Source: Octopus bimaculoides (lineage: Eukaryota). From it: DNA of 64,000 bases. The stretch covers positions 2,083,968-2,147,967 of the forward strand of contig NC_069004.1 in assembly GCF_001194135.2 (NCBI RefSeq). The letters are read 5' to 3'. Under the pieces are notes generated by a model. The model was given only the letters and a program-made list of their open reading frames with translations, had not been told where the DNA came from and did not search any database. The position numbers and the translations under genes were made by a program. Shown here one piece after another: positions 49,461 through 61,831 of this stretch. Position 1 is the stretch's first letter. Each line of letters starts with the position of its first letter.

Positions 49461-51444
49461 CTTGAATGAAACTTTATACTTGGGTGCAAGTGGTTTCAAA
49501 ATAATATAAAATTGCTTAGACAATGAGTAGAGTGTGCATTGTGTGTGTGTGTGTGTGGGGGCTGTGTCTATAGACACACAAATACCCACAGAAGCTCAAA
49601 CCATCCATGTACATATTGTGTGCAAGTACAAAAACAGTGCTTATAGAATTGAATGGTGTATGAGGACCATATGAAATACTGCAATAATTTGAAAGAGAAG
49701 TGGTTGAGATGAAAAACATTGATATGAAGGAAAAAATGAATTCATCAGTGGACTAAGATTCCAGTAATCTTTAATCCCTGCTTCTCTCCATACGAATAAT
49801 CAACAGTGAAGTACATAAGTGGCCAAAACAGTAAACGATAATGTTAGTTCAAATGCCACCAGGATTATCATGGCGCCTGTATTCCTCTAAAAGAAATGAA
49901 ACTAATTCTAGGAATGCCATTCAATTGTCTGCATATCCTCCTCTATATAAGAAAACTGTTCTTGTACTTAATTAAAATGGGCATCTATAATGAAATTTGA
50001 GTATTTTTTTAAAGAATATTTTCTTATAAATATATAAAATGTCGTAGAAGTAGAACACGAAGCCGATTGAATCGATTCCGTATATTACTGGTTGGAACTT
50101 TTATCGATTTCTTGGAAAGGAAAGGCAAGTTAACCAGAGAGGATTTGAAATCAGAACGTAGTGGGTTAAAAGTAAATAGTTTAAGGCGGCGAACTCACGT
50201 TTGGATAATCCGTATTATTTAATAGCAAAAATGAAGTAAAACAACAAAACAAATAAACGAAAACATCGGAAGAATTGAAATTTAAGCCGTGGAAGAAACA
50301 ACAGTCTGCCAATATCTTTTGGTTCTGACAGTCTCTTGTACTGGGAAGCGAGTTTAATGTGATGATTAAAAAATGATGTCGACCTGACATGAAGGTGTTT
50401 TTATGGCACCGACGAAGCCTGTTATCAAGCATTTTCTTGTCACTATGTCCGTTTGTTTGAGCAAAATGTTCTCTAATTAATTCCTTAATTGACAAATCAG
50501 TTGGGTTTTTTTTTCTTCAGAGACATATTACCAGCTAGAAATAAAAGATAATTTCCGTCAAATTACAGACTCTACTGCTTCTATAAAGTAAGGATACACT
50601 ACATCTGTGAGAAAAAAAAATAACCGGGGTGGTCACGACTGGAATTCCTTTGATCATAGGTCTGCTCAGTCAAGGCTAACATAGAGTTAATCAACAACCC
50701 CAGTGCTGGGGGGGGGGGGTGTCATGTGCGTTTTTTGTAGACCGAAAACAGAAATTGACTAAAACGAAATATGAATTTGACAAATGACACTAAAACAATA
50801 AAGACGATGAGGCTGTCTTAACTGTTAAGCAACGAAATCAGTATTTTTGAGAGACGGTTTGCGAAGATTGGATCGGTCCAGGAATATGGTGAGCCCTTAA
50901 CAAACCAATAAAATAAAAGAAAGAGGTAAAAAGTCAACGCTCTGCTGGGTTTGAACCCAGAGCCTAAACTCGAAGAAACCTAATGTCTTAGTCAACACAA
51001 TATTGATTTATAACACAGACAGAAGACCAGAAAATCTGTGGGGGCGGGTATAGTCGACTACAGTGCTTCACTGGTACTTATTTTGTCGCTCGGAGAAGGT
51101 TTGAAAGAGAAAAATTATTTACCGGCAGATTTTGAACTCAGAAAGTGAATAATACGGCAAAGTACAGTGAATAGCGTGATTAATTGGTAGAGCAACAAGC
51201 AAAGATACTTTGTGACACTTTGTCATATTACAAGTCCAAATTTTGCCGGCGTTAATTTTGTCTTTCAAGATTTAAATATAGAAACGTGGCTACATATATC
51301 GAAGAATCATTTTTGCTCGAAGATTTTCCGATTCTGCTATCCCTCGCACTTTAAAATAAATAACAATAATTTCTAACAGAAGCATACAAGGCCTCATAGT
51401 CGGAAGAGGTGGAAAACACAATCCCTTACATTGAACCCCCCCCC

Positions 51445-51590
51445 CCATCCGTCCCCAGTAATTGAGAGGTTCTTCTTTTATTGACCCCGGAAGGATGACA
51501 GGCGAAGCTGAACTCGGCGGGATTTGAACTCACGACTTAATCAAATACCTCAAAGCATTTTGTTCGCAGTTCAAAGATTCTGCCAACCCA
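51445..51590 (-). mobile_element. SINE family B copy
   Basis: ttgaccccggaaggatgacaggcgaagctgaactcggcgggatttgaactc...ttctgcca. Confidence 0.65.
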
Positions 51591-51736
51591 GCACAACAAC
51601 AACAATAACATAGTCGGTTAAATCGATCAGTATTTGACTAGTACTTTATTTTACCAACGCCAGAATGATGGAAGACAATTTAATATTTCAAGAAATAAAA
51701 AAAAAACAATAATATAGTTCCGTATACTTGACCTAC

Positions 51737-51790
51737 CTTCACTTTGATCCGGATAACTTCCTTGTTTTCCAAACCGTAATATCCTGCCAT
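51737..51790 (-). CDS. TBC1D25: TBC1D25 first coding exon (MAGYYGLENKEVIRIKVK)
   Basis: ATG at 51790, AAG|gtaggt phase 0. EVIRIKVK matches vertebrate EVVRVRVK. Upstream acceptor aaattacag| at 51848/51847. The five exons sum to 2835 nt (944 aa plus stop). Confidence 0.85.
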
Positions 51791-51839
51791 GGTTGTTAGT
51801 ATCTTCTTTTTCAAGGGATTAGGGATATATTCAGAAGGA

Positions 51840-52330
51840 CTGCGTGACTGTAATTTTATCCATAGTCGGTACTAACGTCGGACCTGAATGGAGGTGGGTA
51901 CAAGTAGTGAGGGAATACATATATAAATGACACTTCTTGGGGACAGTAAATGAATACCACTTACTCCGAGATGTGTTGGGTGAATACAACACCTACTGGG
52001 TCGGTGGTGGGCGAGGTGTCACATATTGACCAGATACCTGTCGGTAGGAAGGAACCATCTGGTCTGGGATTGCGATGTTAACTTTATGGTCAAGGACTTG
52101 CTAGAGAATTGTTAGGTGAAACTGTAATGTCAGCTAATGGCTAGGCACCTTCTGAAGACGGTTTGAGTCAGGAGCGTTGGTGCTGGTAAACGGCCAGGTA
52201 CCTGCAGAAGACTGCGGTGACCTTAAGATGAACAGGATTAGGTGCCTGCTGGAAGTTGATGTACGATGACAATGGGATAACAAGTAATGTATGAAGTACC
52301 TGCCTGTTGAAGGGGATGAGATGTCAGTCT
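51840..52330 (-). mobile_element. Highly decayed Penelope-like C-terminal (GIY-YIG) relic
   Basis: Frameshifted fragments IPLSSY (cf. IPLVLTY), L*QVLDHKV (cf. LRDILVHSKL), SVIYICI and CTHLHSGPT (cf. NVIYCI...C..LYIGQT) occur in the right order. Confidence 0.35.
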
Positions 52331-52929
52331 GCGGATGAGGGAGCACCGAAACGCGAAAGAAGCGTCGATGCGACGTCAAACGACAACATTACCGGACCAA
52401 CCGATAATATTTAGTTAATCCGGAACCTGATAATACCAGCTGGATCATTTGCTGTCCTGGTCAGCAGTATGGTAAAGGGTTTTATCGGTTAGTAGAAGCG
52501 ACACGAAAAAATATACAGACATAGGTTTTTAACGGAGACGGTGTCAACTGTGAAGGAAGAAAGGTAGGGGAGCTGCTGCTGCTTCTAATGGTGGAGATGG
52601 TGAGAGTAAGGGTTACCGTTGGAGTGGCAGTGGTGGGTGTAGCAGCAGAGTGTAACGTTGTCTCTATTTATTTGCAAGCGAGGCTGACACTAAGGGCAGA
52701 TAACTCCTTTGATGTTGTTGTCTTCCTCGGACAGACATTGATTCAATTAACACGGGAACAGGTGTATGGCTTAGTTAAAGTAATGGATTGGTTATAAGCA
52801 CTTATGGCTTTTTTTTTATCTATATTTGCAGATACCATTTACAGTGTTTTTTTCTCTTCTTAGATACTTCTGAAAATGGGCAAAGAATAAAAAATAATAA
52901 ACACGAGTTAAATAGTTAGCTAGCCTTTT

Positions 52930-53310
52930 TACGTTGTCGTCCGAGCTACTAGAAAGAGCAATCAAATCCCCGTTCCCACCAACAACAACAACATATTACA
53001 CTCTACCGTCATAAAAAAAGGAGTAAGAACATATTGGATAATATGGTCTACACACTTAAAAATAGTTGATGATGGTCACAGCCGGAAAAAACATCTTACC
53101 TGGTCGCTCGACTCGCTAGTAACCAAATCTCCGTTCCCACCACCAATACCACCACCACCAACAACAACATCAAATTCTACCGACCTTAAAAAAATTGGAA
53201 GAACATATTGGATTATGTTATCTTCATACATTAGAATAATAGTGGATGGTCTCGGCTGGAATGTCTTTGATTATTAGATTGCTCGATCAGAATTAAATAA
53301 CAACTATCTA
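52930..53310. repeat. Diverged tandem duplication of a roughly 170-190 bp repeat-derived unit
   Basis: ccaaatc.ccgttcccaccacc...caacaaca...ctacc...aaaaaa...aagaacatattggat...atagt.gat...ggtc.c.gc.ggaa occurs twice. Confidence 0.6.
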
Positions 53311-54035
53311 AAACACGTAGCCTCTATCGAAACCACTTTAAACTAATAGCAAATATTCAACGTTTATAAATAATTGGAGTTAATTCACATCACTGATTAA
53401 AAAGTATTTTGGTCACTAGTAGAATCAGCTTCACGTTGTATGATTCTAAACAAATGTAGGTGATGCTACGTATTGGAAACGTAATCAAGAAGGTGGGAGT
53501 TAAGAAGAAAACAAAAACAAGTAATTTTAAAACCCGCAATTATTGTGAACGTATATTTTGAGAAATGCTGTGGATAATGGAAAATATAGCATTAAAATGG
53601 TATTCTTCAGTCGACCTTCACTAATTTGGCATCAATGGGACCCGTAGAATGCTGGACTCGATTAGCACGTACAGTTTATTCAACGACTACCTTATCTTAC
53701 CTTTAGTAAACCTTGTATAATTAACGAAAAAGAAATATTATGCATAAGATAATTAAAGAGAGAGAAATTAAGGACCTTGTTAATTTTTTTTTTTAATTCA
53801 AAGGAATTTATTGTTAACGCATACTTAAGTAGATAAAGATTCCATATTAAAATATAAATCCCAAACCAAAGAAAATATAATCATGAGCAAAGAATGGAAA
53901 AATGAAAAGTATAAAACATCAAATTGACAAAAGTTCAGCAATTAGTTGGACACCATAAAGTTCAACAGAGCTTATGGAAGCAAGCCAACATGCTTGTGAC
54001 ATTACTGCACAGAATGGTGAGGGGATATACTTGTT

Positions 54036-54288
54036 TGTGGCACGTAAAAAACACCTTTTGAGCATGGCCGTTGCCAGTACCACCTAACTGGCCCTTGTGC
54101 CGGTGGCACGTAAAAGCACTCACTACACTCTCGGAGTGGTTGGCGTTAGGAAGGGCATCCAGCTGTAGAAACTATGCCAGATCATATTGGAGCCGGTGCA
54201 GCCATCTGGCTCACCAGTCCTCGGTCAAACCGTCCAACCCATGCCAGCATGGAAAGCGGACGTGAAACGATGATGACGATGATGATGA
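54036..54288 (+). mobile_element. Interspersed repeat family D with an RTE-like tail (gtggcacgtaaaagcacc...ggaagggcatccagctgtagaa...catgccagcatggaaagcggacg(ATG)n)
   Basis: Further copies at about 31012-31175, 59336-59507, 60905-61262 (+) and 63080-63360, 59580-59700, 30720-30850 (-). Confidence 0.75.
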
Positions 54289-57200
54289 TACACACACACA
54301 CACACACAAATGACAAGCTTCTTTAATTTTCCATCATTTATCAAATACACTCACAAAGCTTTGGCTGGCACAGAGCTACAGAAGAAGATGTTTACCTAAG
54401 GCACCACACCGAACAAAGCAAAATCCATTTAATTGCAAAGTGTACTTCTTGCCAATACCTACTGAAATAAATTCTTTCCAAATGTTTAATTCCCACCAAT
54501 TCACACGTTTCTCTCACAAGAATCCTATTTTTGGCCTTCAAACACAGAATAANNNNNNNNNNNNNNNNNNNNNNNNNNNNNNNNNNNNNNNNNNNNNNNN
54601 NNNNNNNNNNNNNNNNNNNNNNNNNNNNNNNNNNNNNNNNNNNNNNNNNNNNNNNNNNNNNNNNNNNNNNNNNNNNNNNNNNNNNNNNNNNNNNNNNNNN
54701 NNNNNNNNNNNNNNNNNNNNNNNNNNNNNNNNNNNNNNNNNNNNNNNNNNNNNNNNNNNNNNNNNNNNNNNNNNNNNNNNNNNNNNNNNNNNNNNNNNNN
54801 NNNNNNNNNNNNNNNNNNNNNNNNNNNNNNNNNNNNNNNNNNNNNNNNNNNNNNNNNNNNNNNNNNNNNNNNNNNNNNNNNNNNNNNNNNNNNNNNNNNN
54901 NNNNNNNNNNNNNNNNNNNNNNNNNNNNNNNNNNNNNNNNNNNNNNNNNNNNNNNNNNNNNNNATATATATATATATATATATATATACCGGTGGCATGT
55001 AAAAAGCACCATCTGAACGTGGTCAATGCCAGTGCCGCCTGACTGGCTCCCATGCCGGTGGCACACACTACACATTCATAGAGATATTATCTTGGAAAAA
55101 AAAACTGCAGTAACCTGTCTGTTATTGGTGTATATACATTAAGTATGATACATAGATGGCTATTTTGATTTAATACTGCTTTAGTTGTGAACATTGCATT
55201 ATTTATTCAACTGGACAGCTATTCACAATACCAGTGAATGTATAACTCGCTGTTTCCTCTTCAGGAGGTAACAAATCTCATCTAGGCATGTGACTGGCTG
55301 TAAGCACATGTCATTGACACAGACCAACAAGGCCAATATGCATCTGGTGTTCTTGTTAACCATTGTCAGAACGATTTTTCCTCTCCTGCTGACGTATATT
55401 GATTTTTTTAAACAGCATGTTCACAGATCTTATCTTGGACATAAATGGCTTTTATGATATATTTGATTTTCTGAATGTCAACCTAAAAGAATGAATTGAG
55501 CAATCATTAATTGATGATCAGAAAATTATTTCTTGCAGAAAAAATAATGTTATATATTTTAGATATATTTCTTCGTTGTCAGTGTTGCTTGTTTCTCACG
55601 TCGAATATAGATATTTAGTAAATTTTACACTTTTGTTTCCATACTTTCCTTTCTTTTTTCACTCTCTATATATCTGTGTGTGTGTGTGCGTGCATGTGCA
55701 TCAAATTATAAAAACAGGAAAAAATATTACAATTGGCATTCACATATCTTTTATAATAAACTGCATTGTGTGTGTGTGTGTGTGTATATATATCATCATT
55801 GTCGTCGTCGTCATCATCATCATTTAACGTCCATCTTCCATGCATGCATGGGTAGGATGGTTGACAGGAACTGACTAGATTGAAAAACTACCCAAGGCTA
55901 CAGTATCTCTTTTGGCAAGCTACTTACCACACAGCCACCTATGTCTCATGTCTATATTTAACAATAATCTCTATTAAGGAATGGGCACAACTGTGTGAAT
56001 AAGAAACTTGCTTTGCAATTATGTGGCTTAGTGTGTCTTTTAAGCATCTAAAATGAATTTAAAATAGATGTAATTTCAGTGTTAACTGCTCTTGTACATC
56101 TGTGCCACATATAAAGTCTACTGTTCCTATCATCATACTTTTGATCCATCTGTACCACTTGAGTATCCACTTCCAGATGGCAAAAGGTGCGTCTTGTTTC
56201 CTGCTCTCTCAAAGTTTGGTCTTTATTAGGTCTGCTTTGAGAACTTTCAATTGTAGATTTTATTTCTGAGCTTGGAATTTCCAGTCTAAATCTTTAACTG
56301 ATTCAGCCATGAGAAATAGGTCACTGGCAGAGATACATGCTCTCATTCGAAGGTGGAACATTGCTATTGAGAGAAACGGTGACTATGTTGAGAAGTAGGG
56401 ATGTGATCCACAGAGGACCAACTTCATTTTGATGTATGATACATGTTCCTCTGTTGGTAATTATACCTGTCTTAAACAAAACGGTATTACTTTTTGACTC
56501 ACCCTCGTACTAACCATAAGCTATATTCTCTCAACCAAACTAATTCCAACATACAAGAAATGCCCAGAGAAAATCTCTAAAATAATTCCAAGAAATCTTC
56601 TTCCTTAGGTTTCTGTATTTATTGTGTGTTTGTGTTTAGAACAAAAGTTGTTATATGAAATGTATTGAATTTGTGTAATTTTCAGGAATTTTAAAGTTTT
56701 ACTCTCCTGATTCTATCTAGTAATGTGAAATATTTGGATTAATTAAGCATTTCTGATTTTTTGATTAGATTTTACACACACACATGTATATATGTATGTG
56801 TAAACGCTACTGTTTGCAGACTGCTGTGTCTGCTGCTGCTACTGCTACTGATGTCATAGCCTTAGTGTTTGTGTTTTATTTAAACGCTAATTTGTGTGGA
56901 ATTTCGTCATGGGAAAGTCCCTTTAAGACGTCGAATGTGTATATTTGTCCATCACCCCCACCACCGCTTGATAACTGAAGTTGGCTTGTTGATGCCCCGA
57001 TAATCTAGTGGTTCGGCACAAAGACCGATAGAATTGGTATCAAGCTGGGGAAAAAAATGTATTGGGGTCGATTCGTTTGTCTAAACCAGTGAAGGCGATG
57101 TAGAAGCATGGCCGCAATCCAGTGATTGAAACATGTAATATATATATAAACCCCTGAATAATAAAAAAAAAAATGATGATACACTAATGCAGGAACCAAT

Positions 57201-57502
57201 GTTGTTTATGTTAAGTCCCCTTATGTCTGTTTACCTAACGGTGCGACAAATAGGAATCGGTGAAAATGTATCAGACTGAAATAATGAACATATTCAATCA
57301 AGTCGGTCTCGGTCGTTTTTTCGGTCAGATACACCTTCACCGTTCATATATTTATACACACACACACACACACACACATACACCGGCAACGTGTAATACT
57401 CTCCTGTTTTAGCGGTAGTTATCTGCCCTTAGGCACAGTTATTGCTGGTTTGTTTTTCCTGCAATTAACGTTTTGACTTTTAAAATAATTTTAACTTTAG
57501 AA

Positions 57503-58954
57503 ATGGAGAAGGAGGAAGAAATTACGCAAACTGTGGTGGACGATCAATTGGACGAACCAGAATCTCGCAAACTTTCTAAATCGCAACATAGAGCGAAACA
57601 ACGTAAAAATAAAACCGTGCGTGATCTTGAGCACGTGGTTTTTGGAGACGAAAGTGAAGTTGTTGATCAAATTGAGAAGAATTTTCGCTCAAAGAAAAAA
57701 TCTAGAAAACACAAGGTCAGAGAAGATGATGTTCCATCTACAAGAAAAGCTGCTTGGGAAGATTTAGATGACGAGGCTGAATATGAAAATAATGTGACTG
57801 TTGTGAGACCTTCCTTTCAGCTTTCATTGGAGATACCAAAATGGGCCAAATTGAAGACGACAGAGAAACGAAAACGTTCGTCAAAACAGACAAGTGATTC
57901 TGACGATGACGAAAATCGCGATGACAACCGTATTGGACTGTTACAAAGTACCGGTAATTACCTATCAAAATCGTCATCTCTTTCCAGCCTCACTATCCAA
58001 TTAAAGAAATGCACAGATGCAAATCGTGAAAATCCAAGTCAATATCTAACTGCCTCGGAATTCCACCCGAAATCTACCGTTCTTATGACGGCCGGCAGAA
58101 AGTGTCGTTTTAACCTTTTCCAAGTAGATGGAGAAAAAAACCGGAAAATTCACACTATTTTTGTCGATCGTCTTCCAATTAAATGTAGTCATTTCAGCCG
58201 TGATGGTCTTCAGGTCGTTTTGAGTTCAGGATACAATTATTTCTCTTATTTTGATATGGAGGCAGCCAAACTTATCAGAGTTCCACGATTTAATTCCATT
58301 GATAACAACAAATTGTCGGACTTCATTCTGTCACCCGATGGCCGTTACATAGTATTTTTTGGACAGTATGGTTATATGCATCTAGTCTCATCAAATTCCA
58401 AAGAATATCTTACAAGTCTTAAAATGAATGGGAGCGTGGATGCCGCAGCTTTCTCTAAAGACGGCCATAGAATGTTTTCGTTCGGAAGTGATGGTCAAGT
58501 TTACGTTTGGGACATGAACAGTCGGTGTTGCGTTCACAGATTCTACGACGATGGCTGCGTTAACGGTACAGCTGTTTGTGTGTCACCCAATAACAAATAT
58601 TTAGCCTGTGGTTCTGATTCAGGCGTGGTTAATATTTATGATGTTGATACGTGCATGACTTCGTTAACTCCTCCGCCTCAAAAGGCCGTTATGAATCTCA
58701 CCACGGAATGTAATTCATTGGTGTTTAATCATTCTAATGAATTCCTTGCTGCAACTTCGATCCATTCGGAAAAAGGTGTGAAATTAATCCATTTACCTTC
58801 CATGACTGTTTTCAGAAATTTTCCCGATTCTTTAGATACGGATATAACATATCCTCGGCTCCTGGACATTTCTCCAAATAGTGGTTATTTAACGATTGGT
58901 AATAATAAAGGACAGGCTTTACTTTACAGAATTAAACACTTCGGAAATTACTAA
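57503..58954 (+). CDS. UTP18: U3 snoRNA-associated protein 18 homolog (WD40, SSU processome), 483 aa, single coding exon
   Basis: LEHVVFGD, AAWEDLDD, LLQSTGNYLS, FHPKSTVLMTAG, FQVDGEKNRKIHTIF, GQVYVWDMNSRCCVHRFYDDG, ACGSDSGVVNIY, VKLIHLPSMTVFRNFP and C-terminal GNNKGQALLYRIKHFGNY follow UTP18. An acceptor ttaactttag lies 2 nt before the ATG. Confidence 0.93.
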   Translation: MEKEEEITQTVVDDQLDEPESRKLSKSQHRAKQRKNKTVRDLEHVVFGDESEVVDQIEKNFRSKKKSRKHKVREDDVPSTRKAAWEDLDDEAEYENNVTVVRPSFQLSLEIPKWAKLKTTEKRKRSSKQTSDSDDDENRDDNRIGLLQSTGNYLSKSSSLSSLTIQLKKCTDANRENPSQYLTASEFHPKSTVLMTAGRKCRFNLFQVDGEKNRKIHTIFVDRLPIKCSHFSRDGLQVVLSSGYNYFSYFDMEAAKLIRVPRFNSIDNNKLSDFILSPDGRYIVFFGQYGYMHLVSSNSKEYLTSLKMNGSVDAAAFSKDGHRMFSFGSDGQVYVWDMNSRCCVHRFYDDGCVNGTAVCVSPNNKYLACGSDSGVVNIYDVDTCMTSLTPPPQKAVMNLTTECNSLVFNHSNEFLAATSIHSEKGVKLIHLPSMTVFRNFPDSLDTDITYPRLLDISPNSGYLTIGNNKGQALLYRIKHFGNY

Positions 58955-59776
58955 ACATATTTTTAAAGAAAGAACATTATATCTTTTATAACTTAAACTT
59001 TACCCAGATTTGATTAATTAAAAATGTTTTGTTAAAACACAATTCATCTTGATGTTCTTTAAAATGTGAAGCCATACTTTACAATTTTTTCTATTTGATT
59101 TATTTTTGTATATTAAAATGAGGGGATCTCTCGTTTTTAACCATTTTTAACAAGTTTTGCAATATGAAATATACATGCGGAATTCTGGTTTTAGCACCCC
59201 ATAAACACCTCAATTTTTACATCTATCAAATCCACTCACAAGGCTTTGGTTGGCCGAATGTCAATCAAAGTCCATATGGTTAGGTAGCAAGCTTTACAAC
59301 CACTCAGCCATACCTGCACCTATATGTATATGTAATGCTAGTGTCACCAGACTGGCTCCCCGTACCAGTAATATGTAGAAAGCACCCACTACACTCTCGG
59401 AGTAGTTGGCATTAGAAAAGGCATCCAGCTGTAGAAACCTTGCCAGTCCTCAGTCAGACCGTCCAACCCATGCCAGCATGGAAAGCAGACGTTAAATGAG
59501 GATGATAATCATCTGAACCAGATAAACAACAAGCCAAGAAAAAAAAATTAAAGATCAGTTTTGTTTCAGCATCAACACTTCTCCATGTTTGCATGAGGGG
59601 GTCAGTTATTTTGGGCAGATTTTCTACAGCTGGATGCCCTTCGTGTTGCCAACCCTCACCTATTTCCAAGCAAGGTAATATTTCTCCATGACCAGACATG
59701 TTCGACAACACTATAACTAACATTCATTTACAACTATCGTGCTATGTCCACACAAGGAGACACAACCACACACACA

Positions 59777-59941
59777 TGTATATACGACGGGCTTCTTTCA
59801 GTTTCCATCTACCAAATCCATCCACAAGGCTTTGGTTGGCTCATAGCTATAGTAAAATACACTTGCCCAAGGTGCCACTCAGTGGGAATGAACCTGGGAC
59901 CGTGTGGTTGTGAAGCAAACTTCTTACCACACAGCCACGCC
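59777..59941 (-). mobile_element. SINE family A, near full-length copy
   Basis: tatacgacgggcttctttcagtttccatctaccaaatcc...cttcttaccacacagccacgc. Confidence 0.8.
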
Positions 59942-61803
59942 TGCTTGTTTCTAGATAAATATTCAATGTTGAATGGTTTCCCTATAATCTGGTCACTTAC
60001 ACTTTCGAGATAATCCATTGCAGGTAATTGTCTTCCATGTTAAACTGAACTGCAGACAGTAATCAGTCAAAGGAAGTTCACGTATAGAATTTAAATTAAT
60101 GAAGTGTCGTCCAGAAATTGTAATTAATTAAACTTAAACTCCTAACGAAAAGAACCGATTCTGAACGTGATGACTGGCTCGGATTGAAGCAGGGGAGACA
60201 AATTGAAAAATACTTTAAAATTTGGTGATTTTCTCCCTTCTTCTAATTTGGTTGAAATCGGTCAATGGTACTGGCTTTACTCACTTTACTAATTGGTTTT
60301 CGTGGAGCATGAGTCCCTGAGTACTCCCCCACTCCTAGTCATTCTATAAATTTTAAGGTTTCGATAATTTCCTATTGGTAAAATATACGCGTTTTTCTTC
60401 AAAAAGATAAATAATTTCCAATCGCATGAAAAGGTCAACATTATACTACTGAAGAATGAAAACAAATTAGAATCTGAACTAAAGATGTGACTGAATACTG
60501 CAAGATACTTTGTCCTTTGCTCCACTCAGCTGTTCCCAAAATATTTTGTTTCAAAACCTGTTAATAGTTTCGCAAGATTTGCAAAATTGATTCCTAGATT
60601 TTATGGATAACCTCCACCATCTTACATTTAATAAAACTTTAAATGAAGCAAAATTTGTTTTAGAGAAAGAATTTGTTCATACATATGTATGTGTGCGTGT
60701 GCGTGCGTGTGTCCACATGAGACTAAGATAATTCTGGAATTACAAGGACTTTCTGCCTTTGATAAAGAGCTTGAGTACCTCAGTGACCCTGAAAGCTATG
60801 CCAACTGAATGAAATTTTTTTGGTAAGTCCTTGCATACTGGACATGTGAAAGGATTGATGTGAAACTAACATCAACCACCTTTTCCAGAAGGGAAAATGT
60901 CTTTTGTGTAGTTGTGGTCGTTGCCAGTGCTGACTGGTACCTGTGTTGGTGGTACGTAAAAAAGCACCATTTGAGCATTGGGCCTCATGGAGGCAGTGAC
61001 AGGTGGCCAAGACCTTTGGTGATGTACCATGCTTACGTAGACCTGTCAAGCCAAGTGAGATCGTAGTCGTGGCTGATATCAGTGTCGGGTCAATAGCACC
61101 CACTACATTCTTGGAGTAGTTGGCATTGGGAAAGGCATCCAGCCGTAGAAGCCTTGCCAAATCAGATCAGAAACTGGTGCAGCTCCCTGGCTTACCAGTT
61201 TTCAGTCAAACCGTCCAACCCATGCCAGCGTGGAAAACAAACGTTAAATGATAATGATGATAGGAATATGCAGTTATTCATTTAACACAAAAGTTGAGTT
61301 TTAGATTTTGTGGAGAGGAAATAAAACGATGAGACATTCATATATTACGCGGGTGGAGGCATAAAAAGATGATTATGAAATACGGGGGTCCCCCATGAAC
61401 GATCGGAACCATAAAGGGATATCTAGTTACAGAAATCTCTGTAGTACGCCACAAATTCTAAGGTGAAATATTTTATAATTTAATGTACAAGTGAATATCC
61501 TCTCACAAAATATTTCAGTTGATAGAGGAAAATAGAAGCAAAATCAGAATTCTGTAGAATTAATTTGAATCTAAATTTGTAATTTCTCTCATTTATTTAC
61601 GTTTATATATACGGATTTAGCTATTTAAAATGTAAGCCTAAATTTTTCGTTCTAACAAATTATTAACTAACCGTAAATATATTTTATTTTTCGAATAACG
61701 GTTTTTTTTTTAGGAGAAACTATTTGATCTTACACCGTATATAAACATAATAATAATCAAACTACCGTTTACCCATAATCCTTTCTTGTGAAGAAATTTC
61801 TCT

Positions 61804-61831
61804 CTTTCCGGTAGTGTCTCCATTAAGATAG
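61804..61831 (+). promoter_or_regulatory. RPL15: TCT initiator / 5'TOP non-coding first exon of RPL15
   Basis: tttctctCTTTCCggtagtgtctccattaagatag|gtaagt: a polypyrimidine initiator followed within 28 nt by a consensus donor, typical of ribosomal protein genes. Confidence 0.7.
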
